The notes: generated from the sequence alone by a model not told the origin. A stretch of 64,000 bases of DNA from an uncultured virus (IMG/VR IMGVR_UViG_3300033998_000455) (IMGVR_UViG_3300033998_000455); one strand, 5' to 3'. Positions 8,110-18,733 are shown, counted from the stretch's first letter. Translations and numbers: made by a program.

Positions 8110-11100
8110 TTACTCCGTATAGTACTTCTGATCATGGCTGTAGATGAATTCTGGAATCGTCCGCTTTAGTCTCTCCATTTCAACCAGTGGATTGATTATC
8201 GTTGTCCTGAAATGTTCAATTGTCATCACGCCTCCCATGAATTCTAACATCTCATGGCTAGTTCTAGGCGTTCTACAATACTTCATAAGCTTTTTTATTT
8301 CCGGGCCGTTTAAAAAATCTAGTCGCTTCAAGAAGTTCTCAAGCTTTCTACGCTTGGTGATGAGCCTTTTATAATTCTCATAGGTTATTGGTGCGGACCA
8401 TCCAAGTCCGACTTTCAGCGTGAATGTAATTGCCCCATCTCTATTGATTATGGCAGATTCAATCAGCCTTTCAAATAAGTCTTTGTTAAAGCTCGCTTCT
8501 TCTACCTTAAGACCCGTATCTAAAATGTTTGCAGGCAGCAGTTCTTTTCCATACCTGGTTTGATCGAACCCTTGAAAATCCACTCTTCGCTTCTTCCCTA
8601 AAAGATCTTGAAGTTTGTAACTTTTAAAGAACCACTCCATTTCTGATTGTAGATGTTGTTGCCGCTCTCTTTTTTCGGTGTAGATCTTTAGGTGTTCCTG
8701 AATGGCCACAATCTTGCTCGTTAGCATGTCAATCCGCTGTGAGTCTCTTCCCTTTTTATTAAGCTCCTCATCTACCGCTTCATAAAGCTTTTGATACAAC
8801 GCATTCATTTCATCGATCAGCTGCTTTTCATTACTCAGTTCTTCTTCACTTACCTCAAGCTCATCTATTTTCTTTTCATAGTATGTTCTGAATTCTGGAT
8901 TTGAGATCATTTCAATCAGCAGATGCTGAAAATTAATTTCCAGGTATTCTTGATTGAACTGTTTAACGTCACATACCTGAAGCATATTCTGCAGGCCATA
9001 ACCACATCGCCAAAATAATGTCGCGCTTGATTTTTCTTTGGTCCTTTTCCTCTCAATTTCACCTGTTGTATCGTCACGTTTCTGAATTCGTTTTTTATTC
9101 ATATATCGTCCAAACCCTACTGTACTTCCACACTCTCCACACTTGAATTTGTCAGTAAACACTTCATTTTTCACTTCTTCTTTTTCAAAACTCAGATGCA
9201 CTCTTTTCATGCTCTTTAGTCGGTCAGCTCTCATTTGTTGCACTTCTTCCCATACATCCTTCTCAATAATTGCTGGGTGATGATCTTCTATGTGAATCAT
9301 GGGAATCTCTCCCCGGTTTGGTACAAGTGGTTGCTTGCGGTCCGGATTTTTGTACTTTTGATTGTGAATATAATCTCCTTTATAAACAACGTTATCCAGG
9401 ATGTTCTTAATAGAGGAATTGCTCCAAAGTCCTGAGCCACTTGGTGGAACGATTCCCTCGTCATTAAGGCTTTTATAGATATCTGCTCGTCTCACCCCAT
9501 TCAAGTAATCCGTATAAATGCGCCTAACAATGGCAGCTTCCTCTTCTTTGATGACCCACTCTTTCTTCTCATTGTATTCATACCCATAGTTAAGCCTTCT
9601 TGGCCTTACAATCCCTCTACTGGCCAGCGCTCGTTTGCCCCAAGAGATGGAGCTTCCAATATTTCTACTCTCCTGCTGCGCTAAGGCCCCCATCAGGCTG
9701 ACTATCAGCTCGCTGGTATCATCTTCTGTTGATATATTTTCTTTTTCGAAAAATATAAATGTCGGTGACTCTAACTCTCTCAAAATCCTTACATACTTAA
9801 TCGCATCTAAAGTATTTCGACTAAAGCGAGACAACGATTTTGTCAGGATCAAATCTATTTTTCCTGATTTGCAATCAGTGATCATTCTATTGAAGCCTTC
9901 TCGGTGCTTTGTTGAAGTTCCAGTGATGCCTTCATCTACATAGATGCCGGCAAACTGATACTTGGGGTTTTTAAGGATGGCGTAGGTATAAAAAGCGATT
10001 TGGGTTTTCAGACTTGTTTCTTGCTCTTCTTTATCCGTCGACACTCGAACGTAGGCAGCGACCTTTAGCTTCTTCATATTTTCAATCTTTGGATGGTTAT
10101 TGTCTTTTACATTTTTATAGATGCGACTCATCAACTGCATGTGTTGCTGATGATCGATCTGTGTTACTTGAGGTAATGCCACATCGGTTTCCTCCTCTCT
10201 GTCATATTTTTCGATGACTTCATCAAGATGAAGATGCTCTGTTTTTTCTATACGATTATCTTTAGTATCTGATACATATGAAGCTCTTGATATTAAGTCT
10301 TTTGTAGTTAGTGCCTTGGTCTCTCTTTCATTAGCATGAAATGCTTCAGACCCGGTAATGAGTTTCGTTCTCTCTATTTTTTCGTTCCTTGTTTTTCGGA
10401 AGTCCTCAGCTTCCCTTTTCCTGAGTTCAACATCACCCATTTGGGTTTCACTGCCATTAATCCAGTGAATCGTATAATCTTCATGAGTATAAATGGTCAC
10501 AGAAACAATCCAGGCTCTCATTAGCTCCAGGGTTAACTCTGTTAAAAACTCTACTGAATTCTTTCCTTCACTAAGCCAGTCAAGAGCCATGTTCCGGTAT
10601 TTCCTATCGTCCTCTATCTGATTGATTTTCTCTTCAAATTCTCCATATTGCTTACGCATATCTTCTACATCTTCTATAGTAAATCGGGATCCGACAAGAT
10701 GCTCAGCAATCTCAATTTCCGTTAAGTATTTGAGCCGATGAAACTCAAAGTGGTCATTCTTGTTTACCCTCTCTAATATTTTCTCCAGCTCTTTTACAGT
10801 TCTGTCACTTCCAAAATCAAACCATTCTTCAAAACCGCTTTGAAGGATATCGCGCATAACTTCTTCTCTGATATAGCTTGTAGGACACAGCTCCTTATGC
10901 CCCACACGTAATTTACAGCCCCAATACGCTGCTTTCACTCGGTCTGTCGTTCTATAATGGATATTACCACAGTAGCCACAAATAATCCGTCCTGCAAAAG
11001 GGCTGATCGTCTTTTCTGAAGCCGTCGTTTTATTTGGTCTGTTTTCCTCAATAAGCTTTTGCACTTTCTCGAAGGTTTCCAAATCAATGATCGGTGGGTT

Positions 11101-12045
11101 TGCATTTTCAATTAGAATCTTATCTCTCATGCCCTCTGATGACCTAACCCTGTTCGTCATAAGATCCTTGTTTGTAGTTCTACCGATGTAATTTCCTGTG
11201 TAAATCGACAGGGTTAATATTTTTTTTACTGATGAAATATTCCATGTATCCAGTCCTCTAGGCGTTTTGATACCACTAAGAGTCAATGCTCTCATGATGT
11301 CTGTTTGAGATTTGCCACTGAGGTATTCTTTGTAAATCCAGCGGACAACTTCTGCTTCTTCGTTGATAATTCTAAGCTCTGATCTTCTAGAGTCTTTAAC
11401 AAGTTCATATCCATAGGTCTTCTGGAAATAGGGCCTTCCACTTAGTAACCTTTGTTCCACTCCCCACTTGCCTAGTTCTGACATAGCTTCTATTTCAGCT
11501 TGAGATAGGCTTCCGTAGGTTGATAATAAAAATGTATTATAATCGATGGACGTGTCGATTCGTTCTTTCTCGAAATACACCCCCACCCCGTGTTCTTTTA
11601 ACTCTTCGACGGCTTCTAGGAGCTCTTTCGTGTTCCTAGAGAACCGTTGTACACTTTTTGTGATGATTAAGTCTAGTTTTCCTTCCTCGGCATGGCGCAG
11701 CATTCTTCTGAAACTGCGTCTATCCTTTATTGTTCTGCCAGAAATATTATCATCAAAATAAATTCCGACAAATTTCCAGTTAGGTTTATTCCGAATTAGT
11801 TCGGTATAATGGCTCATCTGATTTTGAAGCGATCTTCCTCTTTTATTAGGTGTTGGACTCACTCTACAATAAGCAGCTACCCTTACTTCATCATCCGTTC
11901 TTTCAAGCGGACTTTTCCTCATTTCATCTAAAGGATTCCATAGTGTTTGAACCCACTGCCTTGTCTCATTGGGATTCAGGTTTTCAGTTTCACCCAATTG
12001 ATATACGGTTGCTTTACTTTCAGCATCATCTGATGTTTTGCCCAT
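8110..12045 (-). CDS. Double-headed large serine recombinase with a C-terminal winged-helix-like extension, 1311 aa
   Basis: AAYCRVS and AAYVRVS catalytic motifs, two TKSxxRFSRN motifs, two Zn ribbons; extra tail PRTSHEML...HFR...PLV...TIP...QKY. Confidence 0.92.
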   Translation of the reverse strand: MGKTSDDAESKATVYQLGETENLNPNETRQWVQTLWNPLDEMRKSPLERTDDEVRVAAYCRVSPTPNKRGRSLQNQMSHYTELIRNKPNWKFVGIYFDDNISGRTIKDRRSFRRMLRHAEEGKLDLIITKSVQRFSRNTKELLEAVEELKEHGVGVYFEKERIDTSIDYNTFLLSTYGSLSQAEIEAMSELGKWGVEQRLLSGRPYFQKTYGYELVKDSRRSELRIINEEAEVVRWIYKEYLSGKSQTDIMRALTLSGIKTPRGLDTWNISSVKKILTLSIYTGNYIGRTTNKDLMTNRVRSSEGMRDKILIENANPPIIDLETFEKVQKLIEENRPNKTTASEKTISPFAGRIICGYCGNIHYRTTDRVKAAYWGCKLRVGHKELCPTSYIREEVMRDILQSGFEEWFDFGSDRTVKELEKILERVNKNDHFEFHRLKYLTEIEIAEHLVGSRFTIEDVEDMRKQYGEFEEKINQIEDDRKYRNMALDWLSEGKNSVEFLTELTLELMRAWIVSVTIYTHEDYTIHWINGSETQMGDVELRKREAEDFRKTRNEKIERTKLITGSEAFHANERETKALTTKDLISRASYVSDTKDNRIEKTEHLHLDEVIEKYDREEETDVALPQVTQIDHQQHMQLMSRIYKNVKDNNHPKIENMKKLKVAAYVRVSTDKEEQETSLKTQIAFYTYAILKNPKYQFAGIYVDEGITGTSTKHREGFNRMITDCKSGKIDLILTKSLSRFSRNTLDAIKYVRILRELESPTFIFFEKENISTEDDTSELIVSLMGALAQQESRNIGSSISWGKRALASRGIVRPRRLNYGYEYNEKKEWVIKEEEAAIVRRIYTDYLNGVRRADIYKSLNDEGIVPPSGSGLWSNSSIKNILDNVVYKGDYIHNQKYKNPDRKQPLVPNRGEIPMIHIEDHHPAIIEKDVWEEVQQMRADRLKSMKRVHLSFEKEEVKNEVFTDKFKCGECGSTVGFGRYMNKKRIQKRDDTTGEIERKRTKEKSSATLFWRCGYGLQNMLQVCDVKQFNQEYLEINFQHLLIEMISNPEFRTYYEKKIDELEVSEEELSNEKQLIDEMNALYQKLYEAVDEELNKKGRDSQRIDMLTSKIVAIQEHLKIYTEKRERQQHLQSEMEWFFKSYKLQDLLGKKRRVDFQGFDQTRYGKELLPANILDTGLKVEEASFNKDLFERLIESAIINRDGAITFTLKVGLGWSAPITYENYKRLITKRRKLENFLKRLDFLNGPEIKKLMKYCRTPRTSHEMLEFMGGVMTIEHFRTTIINPLVEMERLKRTIPEFIYSHDQKYYTE

Positions 12046-12089
12046 AGAAAAAACTCCTCTCTTTTGGTGACATATCTAGCTACTAGGTA

Positions 12090-12118
12090 TGTTCACTCTG
12101 TACAGGATATAATGCAAG
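12090..12118 (-). promoter_or_regulatory. CTTG-N16-GAGTGA promoter-like motif upstream of the 1311-aa LSR
   Basis: Minus strand CTTGCATTATATCCTGTACAGAGTGAAC. Confidence 0.6.
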
Positions 12119-12207
12119 TACTTTATCCTGATTGAGGGAGTTTTCATCTTTCTATGTTAGACGCCTACAATATTAAGGCGTTAGTATTCATGATTTACTT
12201 CAGCTTC

Positions 12208-13875
12208 CTACATGTATTCTTTACGGTCAGCGCTGATGCTTCTTTTGATACTGCATTTAAAATGGAAATCGACCTGGTGATTATCATGCACGATACCTTT
12301 TTCTACGGTCTTTACAAAAATATCTTCTCGAAAACCATCGTCATCGCCCAAGTCACCCAAACTCTCAATGAACTCTTCTAACTGTTTCTTTATAAATATG
12401 CTTTCAGTTTCCATCTTGCTTAAATTTTCATACTCGAGCTGAATGATTTCTTGCTCGTAAATCATGTGTCGCATAGTTGCGTCATAAACAGGATCACTTG
12501 TCGCTGATTCTCTCGCTGCCAAATCACTGATTCGATTTGTAATATGTTCAAGTTTCGTTTCAAGTTCGATCAGTTTTTCTTTCTCCGATTCTGTAAGTGC
12601 ATAGTCTTCACTGGCAAGTCGCGCTTCTCGAATCACTTCATCACGATCTTCATTCATCTCATGGAGAATTTTCATAAAGGCTTTTTCTAATACTTCTTCC
12701 CATACATAACTCGCATTACATTTAATGCCTTTGTCTATATCCCTATGGGCCGCCACTCGGCAGTGCCATGTTGTGAAGTGGTACTTTTCGCCATTTTTCG
12801 ATGAAGTCATTCGCCTGCGTGTTACAGGCCTGCCACAATGCCCGCAAAACAATATATTGGAAAATACGGATTTCCCGCTATATGTCATCTTATATTTTTT
12901 CTCGGGATTTCTTAGCATATCGTTTCTTCTTATGAGTTCCTTTTGTACCTTATCCCAATCTTCTTTTGAGATAATTGCAGGATGGTGATTTTGAATGTAA
13001 TATTTCGGTTTATGGTCTTTGTTTGGAACTCTTTTATGGCTTAAAAAGTCTATTGTTACCGTTTTTTGAGCCACACAGTCCCCCGTATATTTTTCTTGGA
13101 TTAATATTTTTCGAATGGAATCACTGGTCCAGGTTTTCTTACCTCTTGCTGTTAAAACACCGTCTCGCATCAGTCCTTTAGCAATTCTTGCCGTTCCTTT
13201 TCCTTCTAAAAACTCTCTGAATATCCGTCTCACAACTTCTGCTTCCTCTTCTAGAATAACAATCTTTCCATCATCATTCGTATCGTACCCTAAAAAGTAT
13301 GTGGTTGGAATATGGGGTTTCCCTTGAGAGAAACGCTTCGTCACACCCCAGGTAGCATTCATGCTCAATGATTTTGATTCTTCCTGCGCGAGGGAACTTA
13401 AAATCGTCAAAAATAATTCTGATTTCGAATCAAGTGTGTCCAGGTTTTCCTTCTCAAAAAATACGCCCACCTGCGGATCTAAGTTCTTCAATAACCTTAC
13501 ATAGCTTAAACAATCAAGGGTGTTTCGAGCGAATCGGCTGATGGATTTTGTTAGAATGTAATCTATTTTTCCCGCTTTAGCATCTTCAATCATCTCCAGA
13601 AATCCCGTTCTGTTCTTTGTATTTGTACCAGTGATGCCCTCATCCGTGTATATTTTATACAGCTCCCACGCTGGGTTTTTATTTATATAGTCCGTATAAT
13701 ACGAAACCTGAAGTTCATAAGATGATGCTTGATGTTCAAGCAAAGTCGATACACGCGCATAGGCCGCAATCCTTTTTTTGCGTCCATCATGATGTTCATC
13801 ACTTCTTCCTGTCCTGCTGACTACTGGTATAATGCGGACTTTAGGGTTCATGCTTGTTGATAGATTGGTTTGCAT
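12208..13875 (-). CDS. Large serine recombinase (LSR-B), 555 aa
   Basis: AAYARVS, TKSISRFARN, HHPAII, CGHCG Zn ribbon, coiled coil. Confidence 0.93.
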   Translation of the reverse strand: MQTNLSTSMNPKVRIIPVVSRTGRSDEHHDGRKKRIAAYARVSTLLEHQASSYELQVSYYTDYINKNPAWELYKIYTDEGITGTNTKNRTGFLEMIEDAKAGKIDYILTKSISRFARNTLDCLSYVRLLKNLDPQVGVFFEKENLDTLDSKSELFLTILSSLAQEESKSLSMNATWGVTKRFSQGKPHIPTTYFLGYDTNDDGKIVILEEEAEVVRRIFREFLEGKGTARIAKGLMRDGVLTARGKKTWTSDSIRKILIQEKYTGDCVAQKTVTIDFLSHKRVPNKDHKPKYYIQNHHPAIISKEDWDKVQKELIRRNDMLRNPEKKYKMTYSGKSVFSNILFCGHCGRPVTRRRMTSSKNGEKYHFTTWHCRVAAHRDIDKGIKCNASYVWEEVLEKAFMKILHEMNEDRDEVIREARLASEDYALTESEKEKLIELETKLEHITNRISDLAARESATSDPVYDATMRHMIYEQEIIQLEYENLSKMETESIFIKKQLEEFIESLGDLGDDDGFREDIFVKTVEKGIVHDNHQVDFHFKCSIKRSISADRKEYM

Positions 13876-13877
13876 AA

Positions 13878-15569
13878 TCAGTCTTCTCCTTTCTCAATTT
13901 TCACTTCTTTTATATCTCCATTCGCCCAATATAAAAGCAGCGTTCCTTTGTCTGTATAAGTCATTCTGATAAACCATGCTCTTAGAAACCTAGTATCTTC
14001 AGATAATTTATTCATCCCCTGCACAATTTTGGTTCCACTTTTTATTTTTTCTAATGACTTTATAGCTTCTTCCCTGTACTCAGCATCCTTATCGATAAAC
14101 TCCCATAGATGCCTTTTAGATTCTAATTGTTTCTCAACTTGAATCCGTTGTTCTTTGAATGTTGACTCATCACGAAGTTCCATAATCGCTCTATTTTCAT
14201 CCACCAAAGCTTTTTCTAATGACAGTCTTAGCCAACTTTGCTCTGACTCTCGATTTAACTCAATATTCTTAAGCTCTTTTATTAAATGTATGACAAGTTT
14301 TTTGTTTACACTGGTGCCATCCTCCAGATACTTCCTAGTGAACTCACTTTTTAGAGTCCTCACAATATCTAGTTCATCAATCGCTTCCATTTCGCAAAGT
14401 AATTTACTCTTAAGACTGCTCGAACATCGCCATAATACTTTCTTTCTTCCCGCATATCGATGGTAGTTCTTCCCGCAGCACCCACACTTGATTCTGCTAG
14501 TAAACTCATTTACGCTCTTTTTCTTTCTATCGTACATGACTGATTTTTTCTCAAGAATTCTCTGCACTCTGTCAAAGACTTTCCTGTCAACAATTGGTTC
14601 ATGATGATCGCTTATATAGTACTGAGGTCTTTCTCCATTGTTTACTTTGGTTTCATGTGTTAGGTAATCTTTCGTGTAAGTCTTTTGACAAAGAGCATCA
14701 CCTACATAACGCTCATTACTTAAGATGCTTTTAATATTTGAATCTTTCCAGTCGATACGACCATTTGGTTTTTTATAGCCTTTTCTTATGAATTCTCTGG
14801 CTATTTCAATAAGGCTGCAACCTTCTAAATACAAATCATAAGTCTCTCTTACAATCTTAGCTTCCTCAAAATCAATGGTATAGGGTACACCATTTACTTT
14901 TTTATAACCCAGAATCCTTGTGAATAAAGGCTTTCCACTTGAGAACCTTTTTGTATGAGCCCAGGTTAGATTTTCTGAAATCATCCTGCTTTCTTCTTGC
15001 GCGACTACCGATAACAGGGTCAGAATAAATTCACTCTCCATACTTCCTGTATCAACAGATTCCTTCTCAAAGATGACCCTAATTCCATTTTCTTTGAGCA
15101 CTCTAATTGCTTCTAATGTGTCCATTACATTTCTCGCAAATCTCGAGATAGACTTACATAAAATCAAATCAATATTCCCTTCCAAGGCATGTCGCATCAT
15201 CTTATTGAATCCCGCTCTATGAGCTCTTTTGGTTCCAGACTTACCCCGGTCCGAGTAGATGCCCACAAACATCCATTCTGCGTTATTTCTAATGTAGTTC
15301 GTGTAATGGATTGTTTGGTTTTCAAGGGAATTCATTTGCATTTCTTCTTCTGTACTCACTCGACAATATGCACAGACTCTTAGTCTCTCAGGTTCTTCCT
15401 TAATATTAGTTGTTGATGTCATTTGAGATTTCATCCCAATTTCAATGACTTGTCTCTCTTGGGATTGAAAATCGATGCTGTCATAGAACCCACTTTCATA
15501 CAACGATCCAGACATATTCTTCCTCCTTCCTTTATCCTTTTTCAACCTGACCACCTTTTTGTTTATCAA
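13878..15569 (-). CDS. Large serine recombinase (LSR-A), up to 563 aa (true start probably downstream, near MSGS)
   Basis: CAYCRVS, CKSISRFARN, HHEPIV, CGCCG Zn ribbon. Confidence 0.92.
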   Translation of the reverse strand: MINKKVVRLKKDKGRRKNMSGSLYESGFYDSIDFQSQERQVIEIGMKSQMTSTTNIKEEPERLRVCAYCRVSTEEEMQMNSLENQTIHYTNYIRNNAEWMFVGIYSDRGKSGTKRAHRAGFNKMMRHALEGNIDLILCKSISRFARNVMDTLEAIRVLKENGIRVIFEKESVDTGSMESEFILTLLSVVAQEESRMISENLTWAHTKRFSSGKPLFTRILGYKKVNGVPYTIDFEEAKIVRETYDLYLEGCSLIEIAREFIRKGYKKPNGRIDWKDSNIKSILSNERYVGDALCQKTYTKDYLTHETKVNNGERPQYYISDHHEPIVDRKVFDRVQRILEKKSVMYDRKKKSVNEFTSRIKCGCCGKNYHRYAGRKKVLWRCSSSLKSKLLCEMEAIDELDIVRTLKSEFTRKYLEDGTSVNKKLVIHLIKELKNIELNRESEQSWLRLSLEKALVDENRAIMELRDESTFKEQRIQVEKQLESKRHLWEFIDKDAEYREEAIKSLEKIKSGTKIVQGMNKLSEDTRFLRAWFIRMTYTDKGTLLLYWANGDIKEVKIEKGED

Positions 15570-15637
15570 TCGAATTCTTTAAAATATAAAACCCTGAAAC
15601 GCCTGCAATTCAAGGCTTCAAGGTATCGGCGTCATAG

Positions 15638-15669
15638 TATATATCACTCAGAACCGAGTATTTATCAAG
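15638..15669 (-). promoter_or_regulatory. CTTG-N16-GAGTGATATAT motif upstream of the recombinase cassette
   Basis: Minus strand CTTGATAAATACTCGGTTCTGAGTGATATATA. Confidence 0.65.
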
Positions 15670-15746
15670 TCATTTCTACTATATATAGGGATAAAAATAA
15701 GCCGATGCTATAAAGATAACACCGGCCCAATTTTGCAATTTTTCTT

Positions 15747-16727
15747 CTAATCATATTTCATGTAGGCATCAAATCCCGCCTTCTTTAGTCGGGTCATAAG
15801 GGCTTCCGCATTCTTCTTGTCACTGAAGGCCCCTACCTGCACTCGGTAGTATTTATTGCCAGATTCCTTCTCCGGTTCAGCCTCCACACCAGCACTGACC
15901 ATCTCAAGATTATCTTTATCAACCCAAGTCATAATGCCAGCTTTTTCATCCATGGTGCTTTTCAGAATGGTTTTGCCTAGAAGGACACATTCCTTGCCTC
16001 CTTTGATCACAGGTTTTCCATTAAACACATCCTGGGTGATCAGGTGATAATTCCACTTCACCCAGTTTGGAATAATAGGACCGCCTGGATAATAGGTTCT
16101 GGAAGACGCTTTGATTTCAACGATATCACCCGCTTCAAAACCCTCTTTACCTTCACCTGCAGTCTGTAGTGCTTTCTTTACTGCAGCTCTAAAGGTATCC
16201 ATATTCTCTCCATGCTTTGGAAACCAATGGCCCACATCAGAATGGTTAGATGCAATTCCTTTCTTGTTTCCTTCTGCATGGCTGATGATATCTTTTTCAG
16301 TCAGACCGTACTCACTGCAAAGGGAGACACAAAGGTTCACTGCATTCTTCCAGGCTGCCCTAAAGTAGGGTTCATTTTTCTTCACATCATAGCCTACCAT
16401 CTGATTGTTAGAATAAGAAAAACCACCCGGTTCGCATATCTCAAAACCGATGTGGGTATTATTAGCATCTCCACCTGCATGCCAGCCCCTATGATTCCAA
16501 GGCAGGTACTGCCAGATTTCTTTGTCATCCAGGAAGGCATGTACACAAACCTGACGGTTGATTTCACCAGCCCTATAGGACTTGTTCCACCGACTAAACC
16601 AACCTTCTGCCATTACTCCCGGTGTGGCAGTGGAATGAACCATGATGCCTTTAGGTGTGATCTTTCTCCCGGCTGTATAACAATCATTTCTGGTCATGTA
16701 CTTAGTTTTTAAATTACTTAGTGCCAT
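15747..16727 (-). CDS. Endolysin: N-acetylmuramoyl-L-alanine amidase (Amidase_2) with C-terminal SPOR domain
   Basis: IMVHST, WHAG, IGFEICE, SH...SNHSD; C-terminal YRVQVGAFS...LKKAGFDAY. Start at MALSN after GGAGG. Confidence 0.92.
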   Translation of the reverse strand: MALSNLKTKYMTRNDCYTAGRKITPKGIMVHSTATPGVMAEGWFSRWNKSYRAGEINRQVCVHAFLDDKEIWQYLPWNHRGWHAGGDANNTHIGFEICEPGGFSYSNNQMVGYDVKKNEPYFRAAWKNAVNLCVSLCSEYGLTEKDIISHAEGNKKGIASNHSDVGHWFPKHGENMDTFRAAVKKALQTAGEGKEGFEAGDIVEIKASSRTYYPGGPIIPNWVKWNYHLITQDVFNGKPVIKGGKECVLLGKTILKSTMDEKAGIMTWVDKDNLEMVSAGVEAEPEKESGNKYYRVQVGAFSDKKNAEALMTRLKKAGFDAYMKYD

Positions 16728-16742
16728 CCTTATCGCCTCCAT
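16714..16742. repeat. 29-bp imperfect direct repeat (partner at 18895-18923)
   Basis: ttacttagtgccatccttatcgcctccat vs ttatttacttccatccttatcgcctccat; 26/29 identical. Confidence 0.85.
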
Positions 16743-16800
16743 TAAATTTTAAGCACAAAAAAAGACACTCTTTTTGAGTGCCTTCCTGCTATTTGTTCTT

Positions 16801-17427
16801 TTATAAATCTCCGCTATCTTCCAAAACTTCTCTAAGAAATTCGTGAATGGAAAAGTCGGGATTCGAGTAAATTGTTGTATTTCCAATCTTTGTACCATCA
16901 GCTTTTACTTTACTCTTACGGATTGTTTCCGCCCTTCTAATTGCTGATTTTACATCTTCCAAGGTTACCTGACTTAGTATCTTATTAATGACTTCTTCGT
17001 TCTTTATATCCTCAGTAGATTTCAACCCAAAGATTCTTCGAACATCTGAGATATAAGCATCGTTTCTTGAAACGCTCTTATTGTAGTCCTCTTTATGAAG
17101 GATCAACCATAAATCAAAATTCACACTGCTGTATGCATGATAGATGTGCCTGCCCTCTTTTCTTTTTGATGGTCTAAGCTTTTTGTTCAGCGAATCACAG
17201 ATTTCAATATTTCTCTTGAACTCCACATCGTTATGGTCAAAATCAAATACTGCAGCACTGTCATAGTTCTCATATCTTTTTTCAAGTCGATGTGGTAAAT
17301 CCTCAAAGGTATTAAACTTAACCACTTTCCTTGGAAAATCTTTAATCAGCTTAGCCACATGACTCAGATACATTGTTTCCTGCTGTCCATCACAAATGCA
17401 TAAATATGCTTTTCTATAGTTTGCCAT
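16801..17427 (-). CDS. rloB: RloB-family (TOPRIM-like, AbiLii-like) protein
   Basis: CDGQQETMY, VFDFD and YSSVNFDLWLILH motifs; paired with an upstream AAA ATPase. Confidence 0.8.
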   Translation of the reverse strand: MANYRKAYLCICDGQQETMYLSHVAKLIKDFPRKVVKFNTFEDLPHRLEKRYENYDSAAVFDFDHNDVEFKRNIEICDSLNKKLRPSKRKEGRHIYHAYSSVNFDLWLILHKEDYNKSVSRNDAYISDVRRIFGLKSTEDIKNEEVINKILSQVTLEDVKSAIRRAETIRKSKVKADGTKIGNTTIYSNPDFSIHEFLREVLEDSGDL

Positions 17428-18733
17428 CTTCATCCCCCTCACTACTGTTTTGATTTAACAGCTTAGAAAAGTCGATGAAGGGAAGCGCTCCGTAGTTTCC
17501 TTTGAAGTAATTGATTAGATAATTATGGTCATTTCTCACTTCTTCAGCGCCAAAATCTGCAAGAGAATAGATGACACTTTCAAAAGAATCCGTATCCTTT
17601 TCAACGAACCTGATCTGATCTCTTCTGAATATCTTATTGTTTAGATAAATCGGATTATGCGTTGTGAAAATCAACTGTGCGCCAGCTTTATTTAAATCAC
17701 TGTCATTAAAAAGCGCCAAGATCCCTTTAATCAGTTCTGGGTGTATTGCTGCATCGAACTCATCAAGAATAAATACCCCACCTGATTTGAAAAGTTTCTC
17801 AAAAGGAATCGCAAAATCAACAAGTTTAAGTGTTCCCCTAGATTCCATAAGCTCTGCCGGTATTACGATATTCTCATCATGGTATTTATAGATTGAGACA
17901 AGCTCCATACTGGATGACTCTTTATCTTCTGATTTGTTTGATTTAAAGGCTATACCCTGTGGGCCAAAATCTGCATTCTTGACAAACCCATCAAGGATCT
18001 TGTTCCATGCAAAGAAATCTTTCTTCGGGCTGTCTTCCAATGAAAATGTTAAGTTCGTTTTCTTCAGTGTGAAGTCACTCACCACAACAAGTTCTTCTTT
18101 AAAGAAGTCTAGCACCATATCCGCTAATTCATTGCTAATAGTACTTTTAAAAGCCCTCGATAAGAACAGCTCAGATTCATCAATGTTTTCATTGATTTTC
18201 TTCTCAAACTGTTTGAGCAGCTTCTCATCAAATTCGATTATATTCAGTGCTTTTTTCTCTTTATTGATCTGGATCTTATCTTTTTCTCTTGTATATATGT
18301 TTGTCTTTTGGTCAGACTTATCAATATAGGTCAAAAATTCAGATACAATACGTCTAGTTTCTTTTTTGAAAGTGCTCACTTCAACTTCAAAACCAAATTC
18401 TAGCCGTTTTCCTCCATAAATAAAATCAATCTCAAAACTCATGGGCTTTTCAGATTCTTGATAAGCAAATGGGTAGAGTTCAAGGTTCTTTAAGTTTGGT
18501 ATATTAGCCTCAAGGGACCCTGAAAGAACAATATCTTTCATTACCGCAAGGGACATGATGATATTGGATTTACCACTGGCGTTGGCTCCATATATTACTG
18601 CTGAGGGTACAATCCTCAAATCATATTCTCTAATGAGATTATCATTAAGTGTGGTTTGTCTGCCAGCTATCATCGAAAGACTGGTCATTTCTTTAAACGA
18701 CCTGAAATTTGAAAATCTATAATCAATTAACAT
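17414..18733 (-). CDS. AAA_21-type ABC ATPase (RloA/AbiLi-like)
   Basis: FSNFRSF, GANASGKS, ESRGT, ILDEFDAAIHP, QLIFTTH, RRDQI. Confidence 0.88.
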   Translation of the reverse strand: MLIDYRFSNFRSFKEMTSLSMIAGRQTTLNDNLIREYDLRIVPSAVIYGANASGKSNIIMSLAVMKDIVLSGSLEANIPNLKNLELYPFAYQESEKPMSFEIDFIYGGKRLEFGFEVEVSTFKKETRRIVSEFLTYIDKSDQKTNIYTREKDKIQINKEKKALNIIEFDEKLLKQFEKKINENIDESELFLSRAFKSTISNELADMVLDFFKEELVVVSDFTLKKTNLTFSLEDSPKKDFFAWNKILDGFVKNADFGPQGIAFKSNKSEDKESSSMELVSIYKYHDENIVIPAELMESRGTLKLVDFAIPFEKLFKSGGVFILDEFDAAIHPELIKGILALFNDSDLNKAGAQLIFTTHNPIYLNNKIFRRDQIRFVEKDTDSFESVIYSLADFGAEEVRNDHNYLINYFKGNYGALPFIDFSKLLNQNSSEGDEDGKL

